Positions 30,046 through 40,609 of a DNA stretch of 64,000 nt are shown in pieces. This DNA comes from an uncultured bacterium. GTDB taxonomy: Bacteria > Auribacterota > Erginobacteria > Erginobacterales > Erginobacteraceae. The stretch's first letter is position 1. Each line of letters begins with the position of its first letter. The position numbers and the translations under genes are program-made. The notes beneath the pieces were generated by a model that had not been told where the DNA came from, made no database searches, and saw nothing but the letters and a program-made list of their open reading frames with translations. The stretch is taken from contig CAWGIE010000010.1 in assembly GCA_963822585.1 (NCBI GenBank), forward strand, positions 32,001 to 96,000. Direction: 5' to 3'.

Positions 30046-31032
30046 TTAAGCTCCGATAATCTGGAGGAAGATGAAGGCGATTACCCCGGAGATCAGGGGC
30101 GTCATCAACCAGCCGAGGAATATTTTTATCATGGTTATCTTGTTGATGGTCTTGGCCCCGTGATAAAGACCGACGCCGATAACCGCTCCCACCACCGCCT
30201 GAGAGGATGAGACGGGGATTTTTAGCCAGGTAAAGAAGTGGAGGGCCAGCGAGTGGGTCAGGACGACCACCAGTGCCGAGAAGGGGGAAAGGGGGGTGAT
30301 CTTCTTGCCGATCGTGATCATTACCCTCCGGCTATAGGTCAGGGCGCCGATAGCGATACTGATCCCTCCGACGGTGGCCGCCAGCCGGGCCGCGGAACCT
30401 CCCTCCGTGGGGCCGAACATCCCGGCCTGGAAGTAAGGGGCCGTGGTGACGACCACGTTGTTTGCCCCCAGGGCGTAGGCTCCGTAACATCCGAAGATGA
30501 TCAGGCCGAATTTATATATCCGGTCTCTGGTCAGGTCGCTTTTTACGAACCGGCTCAGGACGAAACCAAGGCTCTTGAGCAGGATAATGCAGAGAATAAC
30601 GCAGCCGATCGGGTTCAGTATCCAGCAGGCCAGCATCGTGATAAATTTGCTCCAGTCCACGCCGGAAACCCCCGATACCCCGATCGCGATCCCCATAAAA
30701 GCCCCGATCGCCGCCTGAGAGGTGGAAGTCGGGATGGAGAGGAAGGTGATGATCGTGACCGTGATCGCGGCCGCCAGGGTCGCGAAAAGGGCCATGTTCG
30801 AGGTGGCCTCCGTCGAGAAGGACATATTTCCAAAAAGGGACGGGCCTTCCACTACCGAGCCGATAATAACGAAGATGGCGATCAGGATAATCGCGGTCCG
30901 GTAACGCACGGCATTGGTGGCCACTGCCGTTCCGAATATGTTCGCCGAATCGTTAGCCCCGATCCCCCAGCCCAGGTAGAGCCCTCCCAGTATCTTCCAG
31001 CCGGAATTGGCGATTAAAAATCTGGCGATCAT
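30046..31032 (-). CDS. Inorganic phosphate transporter (PiT family)
   Basis: GANDSAN and GANNV signature repeats, PTSTSQA, PVSSSQA. Confidence 0.92.
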   Translation of the reverse strand: MIARFLIANSGWKILGGLYLGWGIGANDSANIFGTAVATNAVRYRTAIILIAIFVIIGSVVEGPSLFGNMSFSTEATSNMALFATLAAAITVTIITFLSIPTSTSQAAIGAFMGIAIGVSGVSGVDWSKFITMLACWILNPIGCVILCIILLKSLGFVLSRFVKSDLTRDRIYKFGLIIFGCYGAYALGANNVVVTTAPYFQAGMFGPTEGGSAARLAATVGGISIAIGALTYSRRVMITIGKKITPLSPFSALVVVLTHSLALHFFTWLKIPVSSSQAVVGAVIGVGLYHGAKTINKITMIKIFLGWLMTPLISGVIAFIFLQIIGA

Positions 31033-31268
31033 GAATCAAGGTTATTTATTATCGTTAAATTTATTACGGATAGCAGCTCTATTGATACGGCGACATCACA
31101 TCATTTTTTCTTCTCCGAAAGGACAACGTGTTGTCCTTCTGGTTAAGACTGTCACCGAAAGGAGATCTCTGGCTGTGATTCATTGTCGGAGAATTTGATG
31201 AAATCTATCTATTTTCCTATTGCCGTTCTTTTGATCTTTGTCATTGTTCAAAACTAACTCGATTTATG
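31029..31268 (-). mobile_element. ~240-bp AT-rich MITE-like element, copy A (diverged inverted copy at 32566-32808)
   Basis: Reverse complement shares cataaatcg.gttagttttgaac.atgacaa, tcaaattctccg, aacacgttgtcctttcgga, tcgccgtat and terminal attcatga with copy B. Confidence 0.65.
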
Positions 31269-31295
31269 CCGGCCGGCAGGCTGGCATAAATCGAG

Positions 31296-31934
31296 TTAAA
31301 GGGGGCGCTTCATGATCATTATTCCCAATCTTTCGGCCGCGTCCTCGGCAAAGTCGGAGATGGCGGCGATGTCACTCACCAGCTCCCTGATGTGCAGCTT
31401 CCGGGCCAGGTCGAGGTCCGACTTGAATAGCTTTTTGATCGTTTCCCATTCGATCCTGTCCGCTTCCATTTCCAGAGTCACCACCCCGGCAATGCCTTTT
31501 TTCACCGCTTCGGTCTCCTGGTTCAGGCTTTCCAGAGGCGCCCTGAAGGCGGTGAAAGAGGCGATGGCTTTGTCGATGAGGAGAATGAGATCGGGGTGCA
31601 GGAAATCCGGGATATCCGGGCGGGTGAGCACGATCAGGTTAGCGGTCGTCTCCGCCTGGTTGGCGATCCGGTCGATAAACTCCGCCAGCATGATGTAGTC
31701 TCCCCGGTTGATGGGGAGGAACGCCCCCGCGTACAGTTTCGCTTCGATAGCCTGCTTGACCTCGTCGGCGGCGTGCTCGCTGGTGTGTACCTGGAGAGAC
31801 TCCACTTTGAATTCGCGATCGTGCTGGAGGTAATCGGTCAGGAGGACACGCAGATGTTCGAGAGCCTGGACGACGAACTGGTAATGGTCAATGAAGAGCT
31901 GGACCACTTCCTTTTCTTTTCGGGCAAAAAACAT
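31296..31934 (-). CDS. DUF47/TIGR00153 family phosphate transport regulator
   Basis: EHAADEVK, FLPINRGD, EMEAD, ISDFAEDAAE; upstream of the PiT gene. Confidence 0.88.
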   Translation of the reverse strand: MFFARKEKEVVQLFIDHYQFVVQALEHLRVLLTDYLQHDREFKVESLQVHTSEHAADEVKQAIEAKLYAGAFLPINRGDYIMLAEFIDRIANQAETTANLIVLTRPDIPDFLHPDLILLIDKAIASFTAFRAPLESLNQETEAVKKGIAGVVTLEMEADRIEWETIKKLFKSDLDLARKLHIRELVSDIAAISDFAEDAAERLGIMIMKRPL

Positions 31935-32170
31935 TTTCTCACCCCCTTATTTTTTCTTCGCAAAAAATAATTAAAGTTCATTTCGTTAAACGGAACGGGT
32001 TAATTTTCCAAGCCGCTCACATTAGCAGATGTCACGAGTGAGAACAATAATAAATGCACGACCGGCCTGACAGGTATTATTCCTTGCGGGGATTAGATGC
32101 ATGTATTATAAGATCCATTTAAATTCTCCCGCGAATTCCCCCTTATGGGGGAATTCGCGGGAGAATTTAA

Positions 32171-32244
<74 letters not shown>

Positions 32245-32250
32245 TAAAGA

Positions 32251-32354
32251 CAGGGATAAGGGGTAAGGGATAAGGGGTAAGGGACAAGGGATAAGGGACA
32301 AGGGATAAGGGACAAGGGATAAGGGATAAGGGATAGGGGATAAGGGATAAGGGG
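32251..32354 (+). repeat. 7-mer tandem repeat (AGGGATA/AGGGGTA/AGGGACA), about 14 units
   Basis: Seen directly after tRNA-Arg. Confidence 0.9.
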
Positions 32355-32446
32355 CGACATACTCGTTGCCTATTCGCTGCTCCTGTAGGATAATCCGTGA
32401 AGAAGTAGTTTCGTATTTTAATTTTCCGGCCGGAAAATTAAAATAT

Positions 32447-32521
32447 GGTGAGCGTAGCTCAGCTGGTTAGAGCACCTGGTTGTGGCCCAGGTGGTCGGGG
32501 GTTCGAATCCCCTCGCTCACC
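32447..32521 (+). tRNA. tRNA-His (GTG) with encoded G-1
   Basis: G+gtgagcg/cgctcac+C; anticodon arm cctgg-ttgtggc-ccagg; GGTTCGAATCC T loop. Confidence 0.96.
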
Positions 32522-32565
32522 CTTGCAACAGTTTGAACGATTCAAGCAGCTTAACCCGATTTATT

Positions 32566-32808
32566 CATAAATCGGGTTAGTTTTGAACCATGACAAGGAT
32601 TAAATGAACAGACCCACGAAAAGATATTAATTTTATCAAATTCTCCGGCAAAGAATTACAGCCAAAGATCTATTTCTGCGGGCAACGTTAACAAAAAGAA
32701 TAACACGTTGTCCTTTCGGAAAAGAAAAACAGAGTGCTATCGCCGTATAAACAAGATTGCCATTCATAGATACGTGGAACGGCAATCAGTACCCTGGATT
32801 ATTCATGA
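32566..32808 (+). mobile_element. ~240-bp MITE-like element, copy B, bracketed by palindromes
   Basis: Homologous to 31029-31268 (inverted); flanked by aacccgatttattcataaatcgggtt and taccctggattattcatgaaaatt-ttc-aattttcatgaataatccagggta. Confidence 0.65.
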
Positions 32809-32866
32809 AAATTTTCAATTTTCATGAATAATCCAGGGTAACGGCATTCTCATACCCCGGTAGCTG

Positions 32867-34357
32867 ATGAAGCTGATAAAAAAAACGCATTCCTTCTTCC
32901 TGGTTCTTTCCTTCGCCTTTCTTTCCGGGTGCGGCCAGTCGGAGGTCGATAAGGCGGTTTCCAATGTGGTCGATGAGGCTTCCGGCCTGGTAAATAATGC
33001 GGAAGCCATCCGCGGGGAAAAACCCGATGATGCCGAACTCCTCGAAATCCGGGCGGTTACCCTCATCGAGGAGGCGGCCAAGACGTATCCCACTTCCTCC
33101 CTCGTTACCCGAATCCTGGATGGAGGGGTCAAGATCGGCCCCTTCACTCTTCCCGAGCTGAAAGAAGACATTGCCAGACGCAAAGCGGCAGCGGTTGCGG
33201 CCGAGAAGGATGAGGATATCGGCAAGGATCCTCTGACCCTCGCCGTCGAGCTGGCTGAAAAGGAAGGGCCTCCGTACTTCAAGGCGGGTGTACTGGCCCG
33301 GATTGCCGTGAGATATCATACTCGGGGGGAGGAATCACTCTCCTCCGAGATGTTTGCCCGGTCCATGGAGGCCGCGGAATCCGTGGAAGGGGGGTTCTTT
33401 AAATCGCGGGCCTTGGCCGAGATTGCCGCCCAGTACGCTCGGATGGGTGAGATGTCTCGGGCGGAAGAACTCCTGGCCCGGGCCTACTCGCTGGCCGACG
33501 ATATCGAATACCCGTATTTTCGTTCCGGGGCGCTCTCGATGGTTGCCGCCCGTTACGCGGAAGAAGGTGAGTATGAAAAGGCGATCCCGGTCATCGAGGA
33601 GATAGAAGATCCCTACTTTCAATCACGCTCCCTGGTTGACCTCGCCGGCAGCTATATCGATGCCGGCAAAAATGAGGAGGCTCAGGCCCTTCTTGCCCGG
33701 GCTTTGAACCTGGCCGGGGAGATAGAGGAAACACATTTCCGGGCGGAAGTGCTGGCCGATCATGCCGCCCGGTACGCGTCGGTGGGGGAGGAGCAGCAGG
33801 CCCTTGATCTTCTCTCCCAGGCCCTGTTGCTGGCTGATTCGATCACGGATCCCTCCGTTCAATCGGGTGTTTTGGCGATGATCGCCGGGGGGTACGCGGC
33901 CGCCGGAGACCGCGAGAAGGCGGTCGAACTTCTTTCCCGCGCTGCCGCTGCCGCCGGGACCATACAGGATAATCTTTTCAAGAATCTCGTCCTCCAGGAG
34001 ATAGCGGACCGGTTTGCCGGACTCGAAGAGTACGATCGGGCCCTCCAGATAGCGGAAACGATAGAAGACGAACGGTTCCAGGCGCTGGTTCTGGTCGCCG
34101 TGTCGCGTAGATACAAGAAAGCCGGGGATGAAGAACAGTCAGTCGCGACCGCCAACCGGGCCCTGGAAATCGCCCGGAAGATCACGAACCCCCATTTTAA
34201 AGCCGATGTGCTTTTGCAGCTCACGGACCTGCTGCCTCTCCCCGCACCGATCCCCGGCGCCGAAAAGATACCGCCTCCCGCTGTTGCAACGGCCCCTCCG
34301 GTCCCGGTGGAGCCGGTCCCCGCTGAAGAGGGACCCGTCCCTCCGCCCGTGCCCTGA
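32867..34357 (+). CDS. Lipoprotein with TPR-like helical repeats and Pro-rich tail
   Basis: Lipobox FLSGC; recurring IE.PYF(R/Q)S.AL..IA..YA repeats. Confidence 0.8.
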   Translation: MKLIKKTHSFFLVLSFAFLSGCGQSEVDKAVSNVVDEASGLVNNAEAIRGEKPDDAELLEIRAVTLIEEAAKTYPTSSLVTRILDGGVKIGPFTLPELKEDIARRKAAAVAAEKDEDIGKDPLTLAVELAEKEGPPYFKAGVLARIAVRYHTRGEESLSSEMFARSMEAAESVEGGFFKSRALAEIAAQYARMGEMSRAEELLARAYSLADDIEYPYFRSGALSMVAARYAEEGEYEKAIPVIEEIEDPYFQSRSLVDLAGSYIDAGKNEEAQALLARALNLAGEIEETHFRAEVLADHAARYASVGEEQQALDLLSQALLLADSITDPSVQSGVLAMIAGGYAAAGDREKAVELLSRAAAAAGTIQDNLFKNLVLQEIADRFAGLEEYDRALQIAETIEDERFQALVLVAVSRRYKKAGDEEQSVATANRALEIARKITNPHFKADVLLQLTDLLPLPAPIPGAEKIPPPAVATAPPVPVEPVPAEEGPVPPPVP

Positions 34358-34369
34358 TTTCCCCTCCCT

Positions 34370-34545
34370 CACATTCCATCACATTCAATCGTCTGTTCCC
34401 CAAAGGGGCCGAGGTAGGGGAATTGAAAACCGAACATCGAACGTTCAACTTTCAACGTCGAACGTTCAACGCTCAACATTTATTGTTATTATTCACATTC
34501 CATCACATCCAATCGTCTGTTCCCCAAAGGGGCCGAGGTAGGGGA
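34370..34545 (+). repeat. Two direct copies of a ~52-bp element (34370-34421, 34493-34545); partial inverted copy at 35469-35500
   Basis: cacattccatcacat(t/c)caatcgtctgttccccaaaggggccgaggtagggga. Confidence 0.85.
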
Positions 34546-34610
34546 AACAAAATCCGCATAATCCGTGTAATCCGCGGTTTCAAAAAGGGGGCGCGGTAGG
34601 GGGATATAAA

Positions 34611-35468
34611 ATGAAATCAACTCCGAAAAATGCTTACTGCCGGACCGGAATTTCCGCCGAGGAAGTTTGTGGCCGGTGCGCCCGGGACGGGAAGGGCGTG
34701 GAAGAAATGATGCTCGGTCTCCTGGAGCGCGCCGGCGGCTACGCGGAATCGCCCATCTCCGGCTTCAAGGTCGGCGCGGTCGTCCGGGGACTGAGCGGCA
34801 GTCTCTACCTGGGGGCGAATTTCGAGTTTCTGGGCGAGGTCCTCACTTTCGACATCCATGCCGAACAGGCGGCCGCCGTCAACGCCTGGCTGGAGGGGGA
34901 GGAAGGGCTGACCGCCCTGGCGGTATCATCCCCTCCCTGCGGCTACTGCCGGCAGTTTCTGAATGAGCTGGCCGGGGCGGAAGGGCTGCGGATCATCGTC
35001 CCCGGGCGCCCGACCCGGACTCTGTGTGATCTCCTCCCCGATGCCTTCGGCCCGCGCGACCTTGGCGTCGAGGGCGCTCTCATGCTTCCCATGAATCATC
35101 CTCTGGAGCTGGAAACACCCACGGATGATCCCGCGGTCCGCGCGGCGCTGGAGGCGGCAAGCATGAGTTATGCCCCGTATACCCGTGCCTACGCCGGGGT
35201 CTCCCTTCTGACGGAAGATCAACAACTCTATCGCGGCCCCTACGCTGAAAACGCCGCTTTCAATCCCAGCCTCGCGCCGCTGGCAACTGCCCTGGCCCGG
35301 ATGCGTCTCTGCGGCGGGAAATACAGGGGCATCCGGCGCGCGGTCCTGGTCGAACAGAAATCGGCGTCGACCAGCCAGGCCGACGCCACCCGGATCGTGC
35401 TGGAAGCGGTCGCCCCCCGTGCCGCCTTCGAGGTCGCCTACGCCCGCCCCTCCTCCCCCCCTCTTTGA
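34611..35468 (+). CDS. cdd: Cytidine deaminase (homodimeric, two-domain type)
   Basis: SPISGFKVGAV, HAEQ, PCGYCRQF, second domain SYAPY...ENAAFNPS. Confidence 0.93.
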   Translation: MKSTPKNAYCRTGISAEEVCGRCARDGKGVEEMMLGLLERAGGYAESPISGFKVGAVVRGLSGSLYLGANFEFLGEVLTFDIHAEQAAAVNAWLEGEEGLTALAVSSPPCGYCRQFLNELAGAEGLRIIVPGRPTRTLCDLLPDAFGPRDLGVEGALMLPMNHPLELETPTDDPAVRAALEAASMSYAPYTRAYAGVSLLTEDQQLYRGPYAENAAFNPSLAPLATALARMRLCGGKYRGIRRAVLVEQKSASTSQADATRIVLEAVAPRAAFEVAYARPSSPPL

Positions 35469-35534
35469 AACAGACGATTGGATGTGATTTGAATGTGAAT
35501 TTACCAGCCCGTTCGACATTCAGTTCTTTCTCAA

Positions 35535-35590
35535 CCCTCTCCCCTTTGTGGGAGAGGTCGGCCGTTCAGAATGAACGGCCGGGAGAGGGG
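35535..35590 (+). repeat. REP-like double-hairpin element, copy 2
   Basis: ccctctcccctttgtgggagaggtcggccgttcagaatgaacggccgggagagggg. Confidence 0.85.
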
Positions 35591-35708
35591 GCCGTTGGAC
35601 GTTCGACGTTGGACGTTCGACGTTCGAAGTTAATTTTTTTCGATCTTTCGACAACGTTACCCGATCCCCGATAAATCGGGGTAGACTATGCGAGGGCTAA
35701 GTTTGTTA

Positions 35709-35737
35709 TTGACATGTCGGCGTTGGTTTGATATAAA
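35709..35737 (+). promoter_or_regulatory. Putative sigma70 promoter
   Basis: TTGACA-17 nt-TATAAA upstream of the EF-hand gene. Confidence 0.6.
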
Positions 35738-35818
35738 CAAAATACGGCCCCATTGATATGTGAAGCTGTGTTGGCTTTCGACAACGGATTCGGCCGAAGA
35801 AAAGAAGGAGAAACAAAT

Positions 35819-36115
35819 ATGAGATTTTTAGCTGTGATGCTGGCGGTGACTGCCCTCTGTGCGCTCCCGCTGCTGGCGACGGGCGAGGGAATGACCCCGG
35901 CCAAGCCTGATTTTTCCAAGATCGACAAGAACGATGACGGTGAGTTGACCCCCGCCGAGTTCGCGAGCTGCGTCGAGACTTACCCCGAGCTGGGCATGAT
36001 GAAGGCCACTTTCGACGAGATCGATGTCGACCAGGATGGGGTCATCACCCAGACCGAGTACGAATCCTGGATCCCGATGACCAATAAAGAAATAGAGCAG
36101 GTCGAAGAAGAATAA
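35819..36115 (+). CDS. Small secreted EF-hand protein
   Basis: AAGGAG RBS, signal peptide, two loops DKNDDGELTPAE and DVDQDGVITQTE. Confidence 0.85.
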   Translation: MRFLAVMLAVTALCALPLLATGEGMTPAKPDFSKIDKNDDGELTPAEFASCVETYPELGMMKATFDEIDVDQDGVITQTEYESWIPMTNKEIEQVEEE

Positions 36116-36143
36116 CGGCCGCCCGAACCCTTGATTAGGGGAG

Positions 36144-36177
36144 GGGAGGCACCCGAATCGGGTGCCTCCCTTTTTTT
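36144..36177 (+). terminator. Rho-independent terminator
   Basis: gggaggcacccg-aat-cgggtgcctccc followed by T7. Confidence 0.85.
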
Positions 36178-36403
36178 AAGCGCCGGGAGGTAGAACCGTC
36201 CCGCCCCCCTTTTGTAATTCTCAACCTGAGGCTGATGCGCCTCTGGAGTACAATCAATGTAAATAAAATGGTAGCCGCCTCGTATTAGGCGGGGCATTTG
36301 ATCGCGCACCCTGAAGGGTGCGGCTACCGAAAGTTATTTCGAAACGCTAACGTTCTGGTTCGGAATTTTTATACTATTATTTTTCCGAAGAAAAAATAAT
36401 ACC

Positions 36404-37474
36404 ATGAAAGCGGACATTATCCTGCTCATTCCTTTTGACCTGGGACTGGAACTGGACTTTATCGGCCGGGACGCCGAGGAGATCGTGAAGGAAGTCTCCG
36501 GGTGTGAGGAGTCACCCCTCGCCTTCGACGGCCGTCTTTTCCAGAAGGTCGAACTCAGTTCCCGCATTTACAAGTTCGGGATCGGGCTCATTCAGCTCGC
36601 GTTTTCGGCGGAAGGAAGCCTGGATTTTTTCGCCTTGCTCTCCTGCCGGCTCCAGGAGATCTCCATCGAAGCGATGCCCATCCAGACCTGGGCGCGAAGA
36701 CTGGTTGACGGACTGATCGACCAGGCCCGGGTTTTCGCCAGCCACACATACGAACGTCGGCTGGAATTGATCGATATATTCCCCATTTTTATCCTGGAGA
36801 AAGGGGCCGTCGGCGACGCCTCCGAGTTCATCGCCGCCAACCGCAAGGCCCTCTACGGGATCGTCTCCAGCGAGCCCAACTACGATATGCTCTCGGAGTT
36901 CGTGGTCGAGCAGGAGAAACTGGTAAACTTCGGCTATTACGAGAATGAGCTGATCCTGATCAAGCGATTCGGCGCCGTCGTGTCGGCGGAAGAAGCCGGA
37001 ACCGTGATCGACCTGATCCGCCTCGCCTATACCATCTACTGGAACCTGAAGGCCTATAACTTCCTCCTGGACCGGGAGATCGACCAGGCCCAGTCGCTGC
37101 TCTCCAAGCTGCCGCCCTACTTTAAGCTCTGGCAGATGCCCCGTTGTTACCAGAGATTTTCCACGGAGGCGATCGCCTTCGGGATGGACAAGCTGGCCAT
37201 CGTCGATGCCATGCACAACGTCTCCGCCAACATCCCCCGCATCGATTCCGACTGGCATCTTCGCACCATCTACCGTTACGTGGAGCGGGAGTTCGATATC
37301 GGCGAAATGGCCCGGGCGGTGGAGATCAAGCTGGACAAGATCGAGGGATCCTACAATTCGGCCCGCGATTTCCTCTCCACCAATTTTTTCATCGCCGTCG
37401 AGATCGTCCTCATCCTCTCCCTGGCCTGGATGGTATTCGACACCGTCCTCCTCTTCCTCATCGCCCAAAAATAG
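36404..37474 (+). CDS. Hypothetical protein with C-terminal transmembrane helix
   Basis: 356-aa ORF with host-like codon usage; hydrophobic C-terminus. Confidence 0.75.
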   Translation: MKADIILLIPFDLGLELDFIGRDAEEIVKEVSGCEESPLAFDGRLFQKVELSSRIYKFGIGLIQLAFSAEGSLDFFALLSCRLQEISIEAMPIQTWARRLVDGLIDQARVFASHTYERRLELIDIFPIFILEKGAVGDASEFIAANRKALYGIVSSEPNYDMLSEFVVEQEKLVNFGYYENELILIKRFGAVVSAEEAGTVIDLIRLAYTIYWNLKAYNFLLDREIDQAQSLLSKLPPYFKLWQMPRCYQRFSTEAIAFGMDKLAIVDAMHNVSANIPRIDSDWHLRTIYRYVEREFDIGEMARAVEIKLDKIEGSYNSARDFLSTNFFIAVEIVLILSLAWMVFDTVLLFLIAQK

Positions 37475-37508
37475 TTCGAAGTTGAACGTTGAACGTTCGG
37501 TTTTTTAG

Positions 37509-37564
37509 CCCTTTCCCCTCGGGGGAGAGGTCGGCCGTTCAGAATGAACGGCCGGGTGAGGGGG
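37509..37564 (+). repeat. REP-like double-hairpin element, copy 3
   Basis: ccctttcccctcgggggagaggtcggccgttcagaatgaacggccgggtgagggg. Confidence 0.85.
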
Positions 37565-37804
37565 CTGCCGCTGTTCCCGGGCGCTATGCGCTATGCTCTC
37601 CTTTTTTCCCTTGTCTTCCCCTTACCGTAATTGATATACTGTTCCCTCGCCGGATGTTTCTATCGGCTCATATGTTGGCAGCGGGAGGTCATAATCCGGC
37701 GGAATAAACTCTGCATCCGCCTAAATAAAATACTTTACATCAGTACGGGCCTTGCCGGTCCGGGAGTCATTACGCGGAATATGTAGTCTGCCGAGACGCC
37801 CCTG

Positions 37805-39395
37805 ATGAATGTTTTCTTCTATTTTGTTTCGCTGACCCTGGCCGCTACCGCGTCCCCTCCGTCTTCCCTCCCCACCGCCCCCGCGGCCATCCCCGCCACC
37901 CGTCATGTCAACGCCGGCTCCTTCCCCGATCATCGTTTCCTCGCCGCCCGTCATCTCCGCCCCGGCGCCAACCCCGGCCGTCATTTCCCCGCCCACCGCC
38001 GGCTCCTTACCGGCGCCTTCGCCGGCCGTCGTTTCCCCGGCGCCGTCCGTCCCGGCTCCTGCCGCCTCTCCCTCCATCCCTCCGGCGGCCAGCCCGGAGC
38101 AGGCGTTCCGGGAGTCCTATGCACTGATCAAAGAGGCCGATCGGTTCCATCATGCCGGGGCGGATGAAAAAGCGGCGGCTGACTATCGGGCCGCCCTCGA
38201 TATTCTCGACCAGCTCTCCGCCGACAACCCGCTCTGGAACCGGATCGCGGTCGCCAAGAAAATGAAGTACTGCGCCGGCCGTCTCTGGGAACGGCTCCCC
38301 GATCAGGTGGGCGACGATGCTACAGGACTGCCCGGGAAAAAGCTGGTGGTCAGCTTCATCGACGTCGGCCAGGGGGAGAGCGCCCTGATCGAATGCCCCA
38401 ATGGCCAGGCGATCCTGATCGATGGGGGGAGCAAGTCCGCCGGGCTGAACGTGGTCAGCTACCTGCGGAAAAGATCTGTCCCCAAGATCGATCTTCTGAT
38501 CGCCACCCATCCCGATGCCGATCACATGGGAGGGCTGGCCACCGTCATCCGCAACAGCATCGTGTGGAAGTTTCTCGACCCGGGCATCCCCAACCCCAGC
38601 ACATACTACTCCAAATTGCTCCAGATGGTGAAGGTGATGAATATCCCCGTTGTCCGGGGAAGGAGAGGGGATGAATACCGGTTCGGGGAGGTGACGCTGA
38701 AAATCCTCAACCCGCCCGCTACGTTATACGACAACGCCGATAACAATTCGGCGGTGGTGGAACTTGACTACGGGGAGACCCGGTTTCTCTTCACGGGGGA
38801 CGCGGCGGCGGCGGCGGAGATCGCGATGCTGGAGGGAAAGCAGGTATCCCGCTGCCAGGTGTTCAAAGTCGGGCACCACGGGAGCATCTCCTGCTCCTGC
38901 ATGAAACTGCTCAACCGGGTGAAACCGGAAGTGGCGGCCATCAGCTGCGGACGGGGCAACCCCTATGGTCATCCCGGTCAGGAAGTTCTGGACCGGCTGA
39001 AGTCGGTTGGTTGCGATTGGTATCGCACCGACGAACGGGGGGACATCAGGATCGAGTCCGACGGGAAAAAGTACCTGGTGATCGCGATGAAAGATGCTCC
39101 CGGCGCGGCGGATCCGGCCGGGCAAACGACGCAGATAAAACAGGAGACGCAGCCGTCCCGGGTGAGCGGCGCGGGGCAATCGGGAGTGATATGTAAAGGG
39201 GTTGACCTCAATACGGCCCGGCAGGAGCAGCTGACGACGCTGCCCGGGATCGGTCCGGTCAAGGCCCAGTCCATCATCGATTACCGGGAGCACAACGGTC
39301 CTTTTACCTGTGTCGAGGATCTCGATAAGGTCTTCGGGATCGGTCCCAAGACGGTGGCGAAACTGAAGGAACTGGTCCGGACCGCCCCCCGCTAA
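37805..39395 (+). CDS. ComEC-like metallo-beta-lactamase fused to a ComEA HhH domain; signal peptide in a different frame (frameshift near 37890)
   Basis: FIDVGQGES, THPDADHMGG, FTGD, KVGHHGS, YGHP; LNTA...LPGIGPVKAQSIIDYRE; main frame 37905-39395. Confidence 0.85.
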
Positions 39396-39672
39396 GCCCC
39401 CGACCCCGCTCCCAGCCTCCCCTTCGGCAAGATTAAGATTATACTCCCCATCAAGGGGGGAGGAGTACCGGGGCGGCGAGCCGCCCGCGAATGGATTCCC
39501 CCTCCCTTGAGGGGAGGGGGTTATGGGGAGGGTGGCCCCCAGGGTATCCTTGTTCTGAGAATTTTTATCTTCGAGTATCATCATATAAACACAATTTACC
39601 CACACAAAATGGAAGAGCACCTTCTTTTCTTAGTGTCTTGGTGCCTTGGTGGCAAAAACCCGGGAGGATAAA

Positions 39673-40527
39673 ATGGAAACATTGCAGGACATCCCCCTGA
39701 ACGCAATCACCATCCCCGCGGACCACATCCGCGTCCAGAGCGCTGACGAAAAGGCGCTCCAGAAGTTGGCCGACTCGATTCTCTCGGTCGGCCTCCTGGT
39801 CCGGATCATCGTCCGGCCGGTGGAAGAGGAGAAATATGAACTGGTGGACGGCGAGCGCCGATATCGCGCCTACAGCTCCCTCTACGAGAAGGAAGGTAAG
39901 AAATGGATTGCCATCCCGGCCATCGTGGAGGAAATGACCCCGAAGGAGGCGGTCCGCCGCCAGGTGGCGATCAACGAGAACCGCGCCGACCTCACCCCCT
40001 TCGAGAAAGCCAAGGGCTATAAACTGGCCTGGGAGACCGGATACTTCAAGAGCTACCGGGAACTGGCCTCGATGGTGGGAAAGTCCCACACCTCGGTCGT
40101 CCGCTCGATCAACATCTTCGAAAAATTCCCCAAAGAGATCATCGAAGCTTTCGAGAACGGCGTGCTCAAGCAAGCCCACCTTCAGTATTTCTATGGTCTC
40201 CCTGATCGGCAGGTGATGCGGAAGCTTTTTCAAGCCATTATCAAGGATCACCTGAAGTCGCCTGAGGCGCGATCATTGGCTAATCGTCTTGACGAGCGCT
40301 GGTTAAGCGGCGACCGGGAACTCCTGACCCAACTGGTGGAGAAAAATCCTGTCTTAAAAGAACTCCTCGGGAGTGAAATCACCATTGCTGACCTGGTCAA
40401 GAAGAGCAAATGCACGCTGAACTACACCAATCTGACCCGCTTTTCAGAGCTGATTACCCTGCTCAACAAGCTGGTAAATAGTGGTGAATTTCGCACCACC
40501 TTGATGCAATACAAAGATCAGCAGTAA
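39673..40527 (+). CDS. ParB/RepB/Spo0J family protein (no adjacent parA)
   Basis: LADSI..VGLL, YELVDGERRYRA, ENRADLTPFE, HTH ELASMVGKSHTSV; GGAGG RBS. Confidence 0.85.
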   Translation: METLQDIPLNAITIPADHIRVQSADEKALQKLADSILSVGLLVRIIVRPVEEEKYELVDGERRYRAYSSLYEKEGKKWIAIPAIVEEMTPKEAVRRQVAINENRADLTPFEKAKGYKLAWETGYFKSYRELASMVGKSHTSVVRSINIFEKFPKEIIEAFENGVLKQAHLQYFYGLPDRQVMRKLFQAIIKDHLKSPEARSLANRLDERWLSGDRELLTQLVEKNPVLKELLGSEITIADLVKKSKCTLNYTNLTRFSELITLLNKLVNSGEFRTTLMQYKDQQ

Positions 40528-40609
40528 GTTGCAATCAGGTTGCGTAAGAGCAACGCCCTGATTTATTGGATAAATAAAGATCTTGTCGAGCAAATAAGAA
40601 GTAAAGCAA

